Source: Candidatus Saccharimonadota bacterium
Lineage (GTDB): Bacteria > Patescibacteriota > Saccharimonadia > Saccharimonadales > Saccharimonadaceae
Assembly: GCA_017510925.1 (NCBI GenBank)
Contig: JAFWLT010000006.1
Coordinates: 98,599-162,598, forward strand
Reading direction: 5' to 3'
DNA length: 64,000 bases
The notes beneath the pieces are model-generated. The model saw only the letters and a list, made by a program, of their open reading frames with translations. It did not search any database and had not been told where the DNA came from. The position numbers and the translations under genes are program-made. Shown piece after piece: positions 24,585-32,903 of this stretch (the first letter of the stretch is position 1; each line of letters starts with the position of its first letter).

Positions 24585-26447
24585 ATGTCGGACGATGGGC
24601 AAAATATAACAACGGATGAAAATCAAACTTTAGACCAAAGCGCAGAGCAAGCCGCAAATGAAGCTTTGGAAAATTCTGCTGTTATGCCAGACCTTTCTGA
24701 TATCGAATATGCAACCCCTAGTGCTTATATAGACCCAGATCTTCCTGCTTACAACCCAGACCAACCAGTAGAAGAAGAGCCGGAAGAAGAGGAAGAAGAG
24801 CAGGATATTCTAGAAATGACTCCAGAAGAAGTCGAGGAATATCTCAAAAACGTCCACGCCGTAATGAGCCAAGTTGCCGAAAAAATTGCCAATTCTAGAA
24901 ATATTCTCATCGCTACGTCTTCTGACCCATCAGTAGACGAACTTTCTGCTGCAATTACACTTACTCGTTTTCTTGATCGTCTTGGTAAACACGCTATTGC
25001 AATTTATTCTGGCGAAGCACCAAAAGCTTTGGAATTTCTAACTCCAGCTGAGTATTTTGAAAACAGCGCTGATGTTTTGCAAGATTTTGTTGTATCTTTG
25101 AATAAAGAAAAAGCCGATCATCTTCGCTACAAATTAGATGGGGAAGAAGTAAAAGTTTTGATCACCCCATACAGAACTCGTATCACTCAAGAAGATCTCA
25201 CATTCTCTTATGGTGATTACAATGTAGATTTAGTTTTGTCACTCAATGTCAACAAGGGTATAGACCTAGACCCTGCTCTTCGTGAGTACGGTACTATTAT
25301 GCAAGACGCCACCGTGATCAATATCACTACCGGCAACCCAGGCAAGTTTGGCGAAATCGAATGGAACAACAAGCGCGCAAGCTCTGTATCAGAAATGGTT
25401 GCAGATTTGCTTTGTAACGCCTCTGGCGACGTTACGTTGGAGCCAGAAGAAGCCACAGCACTTCTTACCGGTATCGTTGCTTCCACTGATCGTTTTGCTC
25501 ACGCCAACACTTTCTCTACTACTATGCAGATCGCTTCTCAACTCATTGACTTTGGTGCTAGCCCAGAAACTGTCGCCGAAAATATCACCGATGATGTAGA
25601 CAACCAGTTCTTCTCATTCTCAGACCTCAAACCTAAAAAGGAAGGTGAAGAAGGGGAAGAGGGTAGCAATATTTCATTCTCATTCAAGCCTACTAAAGAA
25701 GTCAAAGGCAGAGTAGATCCAAACGACGCCACTGCACTCCTAATTGCTCACGGCGATGAAGAACAAGTAGAACCAAAAGAGATAGACACCGAGGAAGAAA
25801 AAGAAGAAGAAAAGCCAGCTGAAGAACCAGTTGAAGAACCTAAAGAAGAGCCAAAGGAAGAAGAAAAACCAGCCGAAGAGCCAAAAGAAGAACCAAAAGA
25901 AGAAGAAAAGCCAGCCGAAGAGCCTAAGCCAGAAGATCCAGGTCTTATGGACGAGCTTAAAGCCACCGAAGCTAGCTTATCAAATGTTACCCCAGAGACC
26001 GTAGAAACCCCAGCACCATCACCAGTGCAACTCAATGCTCCGTCTCTAGACAATCCTGTTCCAAATATTCCAACTATGGAGACTCCAGCAGCAGCTCCGG
26101 CTCCATCACCACTTAGTGATTTTTCCAGTAATAAATATAGTCAAATGCTAGAAGATGCTCTAAATGAACCAGCTGCAGGTAGCAGCGCACCAATGGAAAG
26201 TAGTCTTCCACCAGTAAATCCAGCTGCCACCAGCGCTCCAGAAGTTACGGGTGCTCCAGAAATGAGTGGTATGCCAGAAATCAATTATGGTCAAAATGAT
26301 GGCTCAGTTCTTCCACCACCACCAACTCCACCAGTAGATATGAACCAGTCTATGCCACTACCATCTACCCCAGATATGAGTGCACCAGCAGCCCCAGCGG
26401 CACCTGCTCCATCTACTCCAGACACGTTCACTATACCAGGTGTTTAA
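24585..26447 (+). CDS. acidic/proline-rich protein with degenerate DHH-phosphoesterase-like core
   Basis: ILIATSSDPSVDELSAAITLTRFLDRLGK aligns to NrnA/DHH motif I, but the DHH motif itself is absent. EEKPAEEPKEEPKEE repeats and a P/A-rich tail are present. Confidence 0.6.
   Translation: MSDDGQNITTDENQTLDQSAEQAANEALENSAVMPDLSDIEYATPSAYIDPDLPAYNPDQPVEEEPEEEEEEQDILEMTPEEVEEYLKNVHAVMSQVAEKIANSRNILIATSSDPSVDELSAAITLTRFLDRLGKHAIAIYSGEAPKALEFLTPAEYFENSADVLQDFVVSLNKEKADHLRYKLDGEEVKVLITPYRTRITQEDLTFSYGDYNVDLVLSLNVNKGIDLDPALREYGTIMQDATVINITTGNPGKFGEIEWNNKRASSVSEMVADLLCNASGDVTLEPEEATALLTGIVASTDRFAHANTFSTTMQIASQLIDFGASPETVAENITDDVDNQFFSFSDLKPKKEGEEGEEGSNISFSFKPTKEVKGRVDPNDATALLIAHGDEEQVEPKEIDTEEEKEEEKPAEEPVEEPKEEPKEEEKPAEEPKEEPKEEEKPAEEPKPEDPGLMDELKATEASLSNVTPETVETPAPSPVQLNAPSLDNPVPNIPTMETPAAAPAPSPLSDFSSNKYSQMLEDALNEPAAGSSAPMESSLPPVNPAATSAPEVTGAPEMSGMPEINYGQNDGSVLPPPPTPPVDMNQSMPLPSTPDMSAPAAPAAPAPSTPDTFTIPGV
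25791..25940 (+). repeat. in-frame tandem repeats encoding EEKPAEEP(K/V)EEPKEE units
   Basis: Three imperfect repeat units are visible in both DNA and protein. Confidence 0.8.
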
Positions 26448-26497
26448 TAAAACCTGTTGCCAATTTCGGTAAAATACTATATAATATATAGTAGGTT

Positions 26498-26574
26498 GGA
26501 TTCGTAGCTCAGTTGGTTAGAGCGCTGCCCTGTCACGGCAGAGGTCGCGAGTTCGAGTCTCGTCGGATCCGCCA
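26498..26574 (+). tRNA. tRNA-Asp (anticodon GTC), CCA encoded
   Basis: GGATTCGTAGCTCAGTTGGTTAGAGCGCTGCCCTGTCACGGCAGAGGTCGCGAGTTCGAGTCTCGTCGGATCCGCCA. The cloverleaf arms pair and the anticodon loop is CTGTCAC. Confidence 0.95.
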
Positions 26575-26635
26575 TTTTTTGTTGCCGTGTTACCTCTTGC
26601 TAAATTTTACATCCTGTGCTATAATACTCTGTAAT

Positions 26636-26854
26636 ATGTCAGTAAAAGTTACAAGAAAAGATCAGGGCGAGGCAAACGAGAACATTATTCGTCGTTTTAA
26701 TCGTAAAGTTCTTCAGGGCGGCATTATGCCACTCAAGAAATCCCAGATGCGTTTTTCTAAGCCAATCTCTAAGCGTGAGAGAAGAGCTAAAGCTATCATT
26801 CGCGAAGCTCGCAAGGCCGAAAAAACCGAACGTATCAAACTCGGATTAAGATAA
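26636..26854 (+). CDS. rpsU: 30S ribosomal protein S21
   Basis: MSVKVTRKDQGEANENIIRRFNRKV...; 72 aa, basic. The start is set downstream of the tRNA. Confidence 0.85.
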   Translation: MSVKVTRKDQGEANENIIRRFNRKVLQGGIMPLKKSQMRFSKPISKRERRAKAIIREARKAEKTERIKLGLR

Positions 26855-26856
26855 AG

Positions 26857-26883
26857 AAAATCCCCCCACAGGGGGGATTTTTT
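26857..26883 (+). terminator. rho-independent terminator
   Basis: AAAATCCCCCC-ACA-GGGGGGATTTTTT. Confidence 0.85.
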
Positions 26884-26902
26884 GTGTTACAATATAGGTA
26901 TT

Positions 26903-27496
26903 ATGATAATTCTATTTGGTTTAGCCGGCTCCGGCAAGGGCACTCAGGCCAACGCCTTATCTGAGTATTTTGGTTGGCGCACTTTTTCAGTGGGGCAAGT
27001 CATCAGGGACACAGGCAGGTATAACGATACCACTAATGCAGGTGGTCTTATCCCAGACGACGACGTCATCAGTCTAATGACCGAACAAATAGAGAAAGCT
27101 ACTGCCGAAGGTTTCAATGTAATTTTGGACGGCTATCCAAGAACCGAATATCAAGCCAAGTGGCTAATGGGCCATATGAAAGACGACATCTCTGGCGCTA
27201 TCATTTTGGAAGTTCCAAAAGAAGAGCTATATCAAAGGCTAGAACTTCGTGGCAGAGAAGATGACAAAAGTAAAGATGCCATCGATCGTCGCTGGGAAAT
27301 CTTTGAACAAAATATTACACCAATCCTAGAACAGCTAGAGAATAATAACATCCCAGTATTAAGAATAGACGGTGTAGGAGAAGTAGAAGCTGTCACAGAT
27401 AGGTTAATCAAAGCTGTTAAAGAATTAGACCCAGAAGCTACCAAACAAGAAAATGATGTAAATGGAGAAGAAATCGAAAAAAGTTACGGAGAATAA
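26903..27496 (+). CDS. adk: adenylate kinase (short-lid type)
   Basis: P-loop GLAGSGKGTQ, DGYPRT, RGREDD. Confidence 0.85.
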   Translation: MIILFGLAGSGKGTQANALSEYFGWRTFSVGQVIRDTGRYNDTTNAGGLIPDDDVISLMTEQIEKATAEGFNVILDGYPRTEYQAKWLMGHMKDDISGAIILEVPKEELYQRLELRGREDDKSKDAIDRRWEIFEQNITPILEQLENNNIPVLRIDGVGEVEAVTDRLIKAVKELDPEATKQENDVNGEEIEKSYGE

Positions 27497-27497
27497 G

Positions 27498-28274
27498 ATG
27501 TTAAACGTTACTAATAGCACAGACAAAGAATTACAAGAAAAAATTACTGCCATGCGTGAAGGTGGCAAAATTTTAGGCACACTCTTAAGAGATCTCAAGA
27601 ACTATGTTAAGCCTGGTATGACTGGCACAGAAATTGATGCGTGGGTTAGAAAAGAAATCGTGAAAAGAGGTGCAAAAGTTGCTTATGATATGCTAGATGA
27701 TGAGTTCCCAGGCGCTATCTGTATTTCTGTTAATGACGAGCTCGTTCACGGTGCGCCAAAAGACATCGAGCTAGAAGAAGGTGATAAAGTCAGTTTTGAT
27801 CTAGATATATATTATAAAGGTTTCTTTACCGACTCTGCTTTCACAATGTTAGTAGGGAACAAAGGTTCGAATGCTGTTAAAAATATGATTAAGATTACCG
27901 AATCCTCCATGTATGAAGGCATCGAACAGGTAAAGCCAGGTGCTCACATCGGCGATATTTCTGAAGCCGTAGAAAAAGTTTTAAGAAAAGGCCACCTTGG
28001 CGTAATAGAAAACTACGTTGGCCACGGTATAGATAAAGAAATGCACGAATCTCCAGAAGTACCAAACTATGGCAAAAAGGGCCACGGCTATAAATTGCAA
28101 GTTGGCGATACTATCTGTATTGAGCCAATGTCTTGCCTTGGTAAGCCTGCCAATTATACTGATAAAGACGACAACTGGACCGTCAAAATGAAAGATGGTT
28201 CTATTGCTTGTCACTGCGAACACACCATACTCGTTACAGAAGACGGCTACGAAATCTTAACATTACCAGAATAA
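27498..28274 (+). CDS. map: type I methionine aminopeptidase
   Basis: VHG..., FDLDIYYKGFFTDSAFT, GHGIDKEMHE and EHTILVT metal-site pattern. Confidence 0.9.
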   Translation: MLNVTNSTDKELQEKITAMREGGKILGTLLRDLKNYVKPGMTGTEIDAWVRKEIVKRGAKVAYDMLDDEFPGAICISVNDELVHGAPKDIELEEGDKVSFDLDIYYKGFFTDSAFTMLVGNKGSNAVKNMIKITESSMYEGIEQVKPGAHIGDISEAVEKVLRKGHLGVIENYVGHGIDKEMHESPEVPNYGKKGHGYKLQVGDTICIEPMSCLGKPANYTDKDDNWTVKMKDGSIACHCEHTILVTEDGYEILTLPE

Positions 28275-28291
28275 TATGTTATACTAAAAAT

Positions 28292-29530
28292 ATGGATGCA
28301 AAACCTAATTTTGTTACCGGTCTCGATGTTGGTACAGAAAATGTCCGTGCTGTAATTGGCACGCTCAAAGACGGCAAATTTGCTGTCTATGGCTACAACG
28401 AGGGCAAAAATGCCGGTATGCGAAAAGGTGTCCCAGCTAATCTAAACGGCCCAGCTCGTTCTATTGATATTATGCTAGGGGAGGCTGAACGTATGGGCGA
28501 TTATGACGTTCGCTCGGCCTATGTTTCTATCAATGGCTCTCAAATTTTATCTACCAAAACTGAGGGTATGATTGCCGTTGCTGCTACTACCGAACACGAA
28601 ATCGACGAAAATGATCTAGATCGTGTAGAAGACGTAGCTGTTACTGGTCGTATTCCAGCTAACCGTGATGTTCTCGATGTAGTTCCATTAGAATATGCTA
28701 TTGATGGCCAAGCCGGCATCAAAGACCCACTTGGGATGAGTGGTGCAAGGCTAGAAATGCGCGCCAATGTAATTTCTGCACTTACTCCAAACTGTGAAAA
28801 TTTGAGAAAAGCTACCGAGCACGCCGAAGTCACTGCCGTTAGGTTAGTTCCTTCTGCTGTAGCCGCTGCTAAGGCTGTCCTCACTGAGAAGCAAAAAGAA
28901 AATGGCGTCGCCGTTATAGATATGGGCGCTGCCACCACTTCCATTGCCGTTTACGAAGAAGGTGATCTCCAATATGTCGGTGTGGTCCCAGCTGGTTCCA
29001 ACAACATCACTAATGATCTTGCAATTTTGCTTGCCATCGATCCAGATATGGCTGAAGAAATCAAAACCCGTTTCGTCACTGGTGACTTCAATAGTGAAAA
29101 ATCCCCAGTTATTAAGATCGGCAAGGAAAAAGGGCACGAAAGAAACTTCGAAAGAAAAGAAGTAGATGTAGTAGTAAAAGCTAGACTCGAAGAAATCTTT
29201 GGCGAAATCAGGAAGAAACTAAAATCTGCTAAATATGATCAACGCTTACCAGAGGGTATTGTTCTCACTGGTGGTGGTGCTCGTATGAGAGATATTGAAC
29301 TCTTCGCCAAAAAGGCTCTAGAAGCTTCCGTAAGAATTGGTATTCCTCAAGATCTTGCTGGTGTATCAGAAGCTGTAGAACGCCCAGAATTTGCCGCTGC
29401 TGTTGGTCTTGCTATTATGGCTGCCGAAGACCAAGCCTATATGGCTACCCCAGGCAAACCTCAGAAAAAGGCTAAGAAAGCCAAAAAACAAGGTCCTGGC
29501 CTCTTCAAAAAGATCTTTTCCAAATTCTAA
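28292..29530 (+). CDS. ftsA: cell division protein FtsA
   Basis: GLDVGTENVRAVIG actin-fold N-terminus, VIDMGAATTSIAV, LTGGGA, and C-terminal amphipathic GLFKKIFSKF. Confidence 0.9.
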   Translation: MDAKPNFVTGLDVGTENVRAVIGTLKDGKFAVYGYNEGKNAGMRKGVPANLNGPARSIDIMLGEAERMGDYDVRSAYVSINGSQILSTKTEGMIAVAATTEHEIDENDLDRVEDVAVTGRIPANRDVLDVVPLEYAIDGQAGIKDPLGMSGARLEMRANVISALTPNCENLRKATEHAEVTAVRLVPSAVAAAKAVLTEKQKENGVAVIDMGAATTSIAVYEEGDLQYVGVVPAGSNNITNDLAILLAIDPDMAEEIKTRFVTGDFNSEKSPVIKIGKEKGHERNFERKEVDVVVKARLEEIFGEIRKKLKSAKYDQRLPEGIVLTGGGARMRDIELFAKKALEASVRIGIPQDLAGVSEAVERPEFAAAVGLAIMAAEDQAYMATPGKPQKKAKKAKKQGPGLFKKIFSKF

Positions 29531-29608
29531 CCCCAAATTTTCCCCTTGAAAAATCTGGTAAATCGTAGTATTATTTTTATAAGTATATAAAAAAGAGCGA
29601 GGATTATT

Positions 29609-30790
29609 ATGCCAGAAGTTAAACCTTCAGAGGTGGTGGAAAACAAAGCAAGTATTAAAGTTGTGGGTGTTGGTGGCGCCGGTGGTTCAGCTATAGAGCG
29701 CATGAAAGAAGTGGGGCTTTCCGGCGTAGAATTTGTAGCTATCAATACAGATGCGCAAGCTCTATATCATTCCACAGCAGACGCCAAAGTTCACATTGGT
29801 AAAGGCCTAGGTGCCGGTGGCGATCCAGAAAAAGGTCGCGAAGCTGCCGAAGAGGGCAGAGAAGAAATCGGTAAAGCCCTAGACGGCGCAGATATGGTAT
29901 TTATTACTATCGGTGCCGGTGGTGGTACTGGTTCTGGTGCTGGCCCAATTGTAGCCGAAGAAGCTCACAAGAGAGATATTCTCACCGTAGGTGTGGCTAC
30001 TAAACCATTCACATTCGAAGGTGCTAAGCGCCGTGCTAACGCAGATGTAGCTATCGATAAGCTCTCTCGCAACGTAGATGCACTTATCACTATCCCAAAC
30101 GATAGACTACTTCAAACTATCGATCCTCGCACTCCTCTTCTTGAAACTTTCAAAATCGCTGATGATGTACTTCGTCAAGGCGTTCAAGGTATCTCAGAGC
30201 TCATTACTGAGCACTCTTTGATCAACCTAGACTTTGCCGATGTTAAGGCTATTATGAAGAACGCTGGTTCTGCTCTTATGGGCATTGGCCGTGCTTCTGG
30301 CGAAAACCGTGCTGTAATGGCTGCTCAGCAAGCTGTAGAGTCTCCACTCATCGAGGTCAAAATCGATGGTGCACGTGGCGTTCTCTTCTCCGTGGCTGGT
30401 GGCTACGATATGTCTATGAGCGAAATCCAAGAAGCTGCCGAAGTTATCACTGGCGCTGTTTCTCCAGATGCCAACATTATCTTTGGTGCATCTATCCGCC
30501 CAGAACTCGAAGACGAAATCATCGTTACCGTGGTTGCTACCGGTTTTGATTCAGAATACTACTCTGGTGGCGAGCCAATCGCTGAAATCGAAGAAGAAGC
30601 TGCTCCTTCTACTCCAAAAGAAGAAGAAAAGCCAGCTACATCCAGCAAAGAATTTGCAACTCCAGCAAAATCCAATATGTGGGATTCCATCAAAAACGAA
30701 ACCGAAGAAGCTACGTCAGCTTCAGACGACGACGAAATGGATGTACCACCTTCACTTCGTGAACGTTTCCGTAAGAAGAAAAAAGATTAA
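29609..30790 (+). CDS. ftsZ: cell division GTPase FtsZ
   Basis: [24 protein letters not shown], and an acidic linker plus basic C-terminus. Confidence 0.97.
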   Translation: MPEVKPSEVVENKASIKVVGVGGAGGSAIERMKEVGLSGVEFVAINTDAQALYHSTADAKVHIGKGLGAGGDPEKGREAAEEGREEIGKALDGADMVFITIGAGGGTGSGAGPIVAEEAHKRDILTVGVATKPFTFEGAKRRANADVAIDKLSRNVDALITIPNDRLLQTIDPRTPLLETFKIADDVLRQGVQGISELITEHSLINLDFADVKAIMKNAGSALMGIGRASGENRAVMAAQQAVESPLIEVKIDGARGVLFSVAGGYDMSMSEIQEAAEVITGAVSPDANIIFGASIRPELEDEIIVTVVATGFDSEYYSGGEPIAEIEEEAAPSTPKEEEKPATSSKEFATPAKSNMWDSIKNETEEATSASDDDEMDVPPSLRERFRKKKKD

Positions 30791-30817
30791 CTATAATATA
30801 TAGAAAGGCGTGGGCAA

Positions 30818-31267
30818 ATGGAACAATTTCGAATCGGAGATAGCAAAGTTCTAGAAAGCCGCGAAACTGTTGATGGCACGATGATTCGCCGTAGGCGAGA
30901 ATCATCAGATGGCCACCGGTTTACTACTTACGAACGCATCGAACTTCCTAACCTCACTGTGTTAAAACGTAGTGGCAACAAAGAAGTTTACGATAGAGAC
31001 AAGCTCCTGATGGCAGTCAAGCGCAGTGTCGGCAAATTCTTCAATTCCGAATTAGAAGTAGAAGAAGTAGTTAACCGTGCTACAGACATGCTTTATGGCC
31101 TTGGTACAGATCAGATTACTTCAAAGCAGATTGGCGAAGCCGTGCTAGACGTTCTTGCCGATGTTAATGAGGTCGCCTACGTAAGATTTGCTTCAGTATT
31201 TCGTGAATTCAAAACCCTAGAAGATTTTGAAAACATTCTAAAAGAGCAGAAGAACAAGAAAAAATGA
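30818..31267 (+). CDS. nrdR: transcriptional repressor NrdR (ATP-cone intact, zinc-ribbon cysteines absent)
   Basis: IRRRRESSDGHRFTTYE and the ATP-cone (VLKRSGNKEVYDRDKL...VAYVRFASVF) align to NrdR. All four ribbon Cys positions are substituted. Confidence 0.85.
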   Translation: MEQFRIGDSKVLESRETVDGTMIRRRRESSDGHRFTTYERIELPNLTVLKRSGNKEVYDRDKLLMAVKRSVGKFFNSELEVEEVVNRATDMLYGLGTDQITSKQIGEAVLDVLADVNEVAYVRFASVFREFKTLEDFENILKEQKNKKK

Positions 31268-31521
31268 GAGTCGTCTGTGTCTACAAAGAAGGATATGATT
31301 ATTCTAGAACCGTCTCAGATTGGCTAGAAGATTTCCATCGTCGTACCGGAGGAGAAATAGAAGTAATTGATCCAAACGAAGACCCAGCTTTTTGTGAAGC
31401 TTATGATGTTACCCAATATCCTACCGTGATGGCGCTTGGTCCCAATGGCGAGTCTGTCAGTACCTGGCGTGGCCTACCACTCCCACTTTTCGACGAAATT
31501 TCCTACTATAAAAACGCTTAA
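31264..31521 (+). CDS. thioredoxin-fold (NrdH/glutaredoxin-like) protein lacking CxxC
   Basis: 85 aa. beta1 VVCVY, then YDYS where CxxC is expected, and cis-Pro motif QYPTV. ATGA overlap with nrdR. Confidence 0.5.
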   Translation: MRVVCVYKEGYDYSRTVSDWLEDFHRRTGGEIEVIDPNEDPAFCEAYDVTQYPTVMALGPNGESVSTWRGLPLPLFDEISYYKNA

Positions 31522-31543
31522 GTTCTTATGCTATAATTAAATT

Positions 31544-32233
31544 ATGGATTTCAAAAAACCAAATTTCAACAAGCGTATTTCCGAAAAAAGACGAAAAACT
31601 TACGGCCGGATGGTAAAAAGTTTGGTCTGTACAATCTTGGTGGTAATTATAGTGCTAATCATTCTCCAATTCTTTGGCATCAACGTAGCATCTATCTTGG
31701 CTAGCGTAGGCATCGCATCGATCATTATTGGCTTTGCTCTTCAGGACGCCTTAAAGGATATTATCCGTGGCGTAGAAATTATCACCGGCAATTACTACGA
31801 AATTGGCGACATCATCAAATTTGGCGACAACCTTGGCGAAGTTTTGTCCATCACTCTCAGGACTACCAGAATCCAAGATATTAACACTATGAATATCGTC
31901 TCTATCGCCAACCGCAATATTGATAAAGTAGAAGTAGATACCGGCTATATTTATATTCCAGTTCCACTACCACTAAATCTCAAAGTTGAAAAAGCTGATG
32001 AAGTTATGAAAGAAATCGTTAAAAAACTTCAAAAAACCGAGCTAGTTACTTCTGCCGACTACCAAGGTCTCACGGCAATCAACGACTCGTCTTTAAATTA
32101 CCAAGTAGTAGTAACTTGCGAACCAATTAATCGTCTCCAGGCTCGCAGAAATTGTCTCCATTCTATTATAGAAGTACTAGAAGAAAATAGAATTACCATT
32201 CCACATGACCAGCTCGACGTCCATACAAAATAA
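31544..32233 (+). CDS. small-conductance mechanosensitive channel (MscS family)
   Basis: GFALQDALKDIIRG...GDIIKFGDNLGEVLSITLRTTRIQD. Confidence 0.85.
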   Translation: MDFKKPNFNKRISEKRRKTYGRMVKSLVCTILVVIIVLIILQFFGINVASILASVGIASIIIGFALQDALKDIIRGVEIITGNYYEIGDIIKFGDNLGEVLSITLRTTRIQDINTMNIVSIANRNIDKVEVDTGYIYIPVPLPLNLKVEKADEVMKEIVKKLQKTELVTSADYQGLTAINDSSLNYQVVVTCEPINRLQARRNCLHSIIEVLEENRITIPHDQLDVHTK

Positions 32234-32888
32234 ATTAACCCATCTAGTAGATGATGATTACCGTGCTTTTGCAATCAAAGGCATTTTTACTGATTATCCG
32301 TTTCTTGGCGTGCGCACGCCAGACTTAAGAAATCTCGCCAAAGAAATTATACAAAGTGGGGAAGGGGAAGAATTCCTAAACTCAGAACCCCTAAGTTATG
32401 AAGAGCTCACCATCCAAGGTTTTATTATTGCGAGCTTACCTTACGAAGAAATGAAAAAACGTTTACCAGCCTATGTGGCGAAGATAGATAACTGGGCCAC
32501 TACTGATATGGTGGCGAGCTCAATTAAATCCACCAAGAAAAATCGCGAAGACTTTTTGAATGTGATTGACGAGTTTATTAAATCTTCACGCGAATTTACG
32601 GTGAGAATGGCGCTAGTGTGCCTTAAAGGCTATTACATCACGCCGGATTATCTCGCCGTGATTTTTGATCGTATCGCCAGCGTTAAGGATAGGGAAGAAT
32701 ACTACATAAAAATGGCCGTGGCTTGGTTGGCATCAGAATGCTTTATCAAATATCCAGACGAGACTTACGGTTTTCTGAACGCAAAAATCCTCCCAGCTTG
32801 GACGCAGAATAAATCTATTTCTAAAATTCGCGATTCTTATCGTGTACCAAAAGAAATTAAAGAAAAGCTCCTAATTCTCAGAAAATAA
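32205..32888 (+). CDS. DNA alkylation repair (AlkC/AlkD-like HEAT-repeat) protein
   Basis: Length and pattern (RTPDLRNLAKEI...NWATTDMV...MAVAWLASE) match the DNA_alkylation family. Confidence 0.6.
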   Translation: MTSSTSIQNKLTHLVDDDYRAFAIKGIFTDYPFLGVRTPDLRNLAKEIIQSGEGEEFLNSEPLSYEELTIQGFIIASLPYEEMKKRLPAYVAKIDNWATTDMVASSIKSTKKNREDFLNVIDEFIKSSREFTVRMALVCLKGYYITPDYLAVIFDRIASVKDREEYYIKMAVAWLASECFIKYPDETYGFLNAKILPAWTQNKSISKIRDSYRVPKEIKEKLLILRK

Positions 32889-32903
32889 TGCTATAATAAG
32901 CTT

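Noticed and set aside
25791-25940. Possible CRISPR-like or non-coding tandem array
   Set aside because: The repeats are in frame inside a long ORF and encode EEKPAEEPKEE units. There is no spacer-repeat architecture and no cas genes in the window.
30791-30806. NrdR-box-like AT palindrome (CTATAATATATAG) upstream of nrdR itself
   Set aside because: It lacks the flanking CAC/GTG arms of the consensus (only the AT core matches) and coincides with the -10 TATAAT, so it is probably just the promoter.
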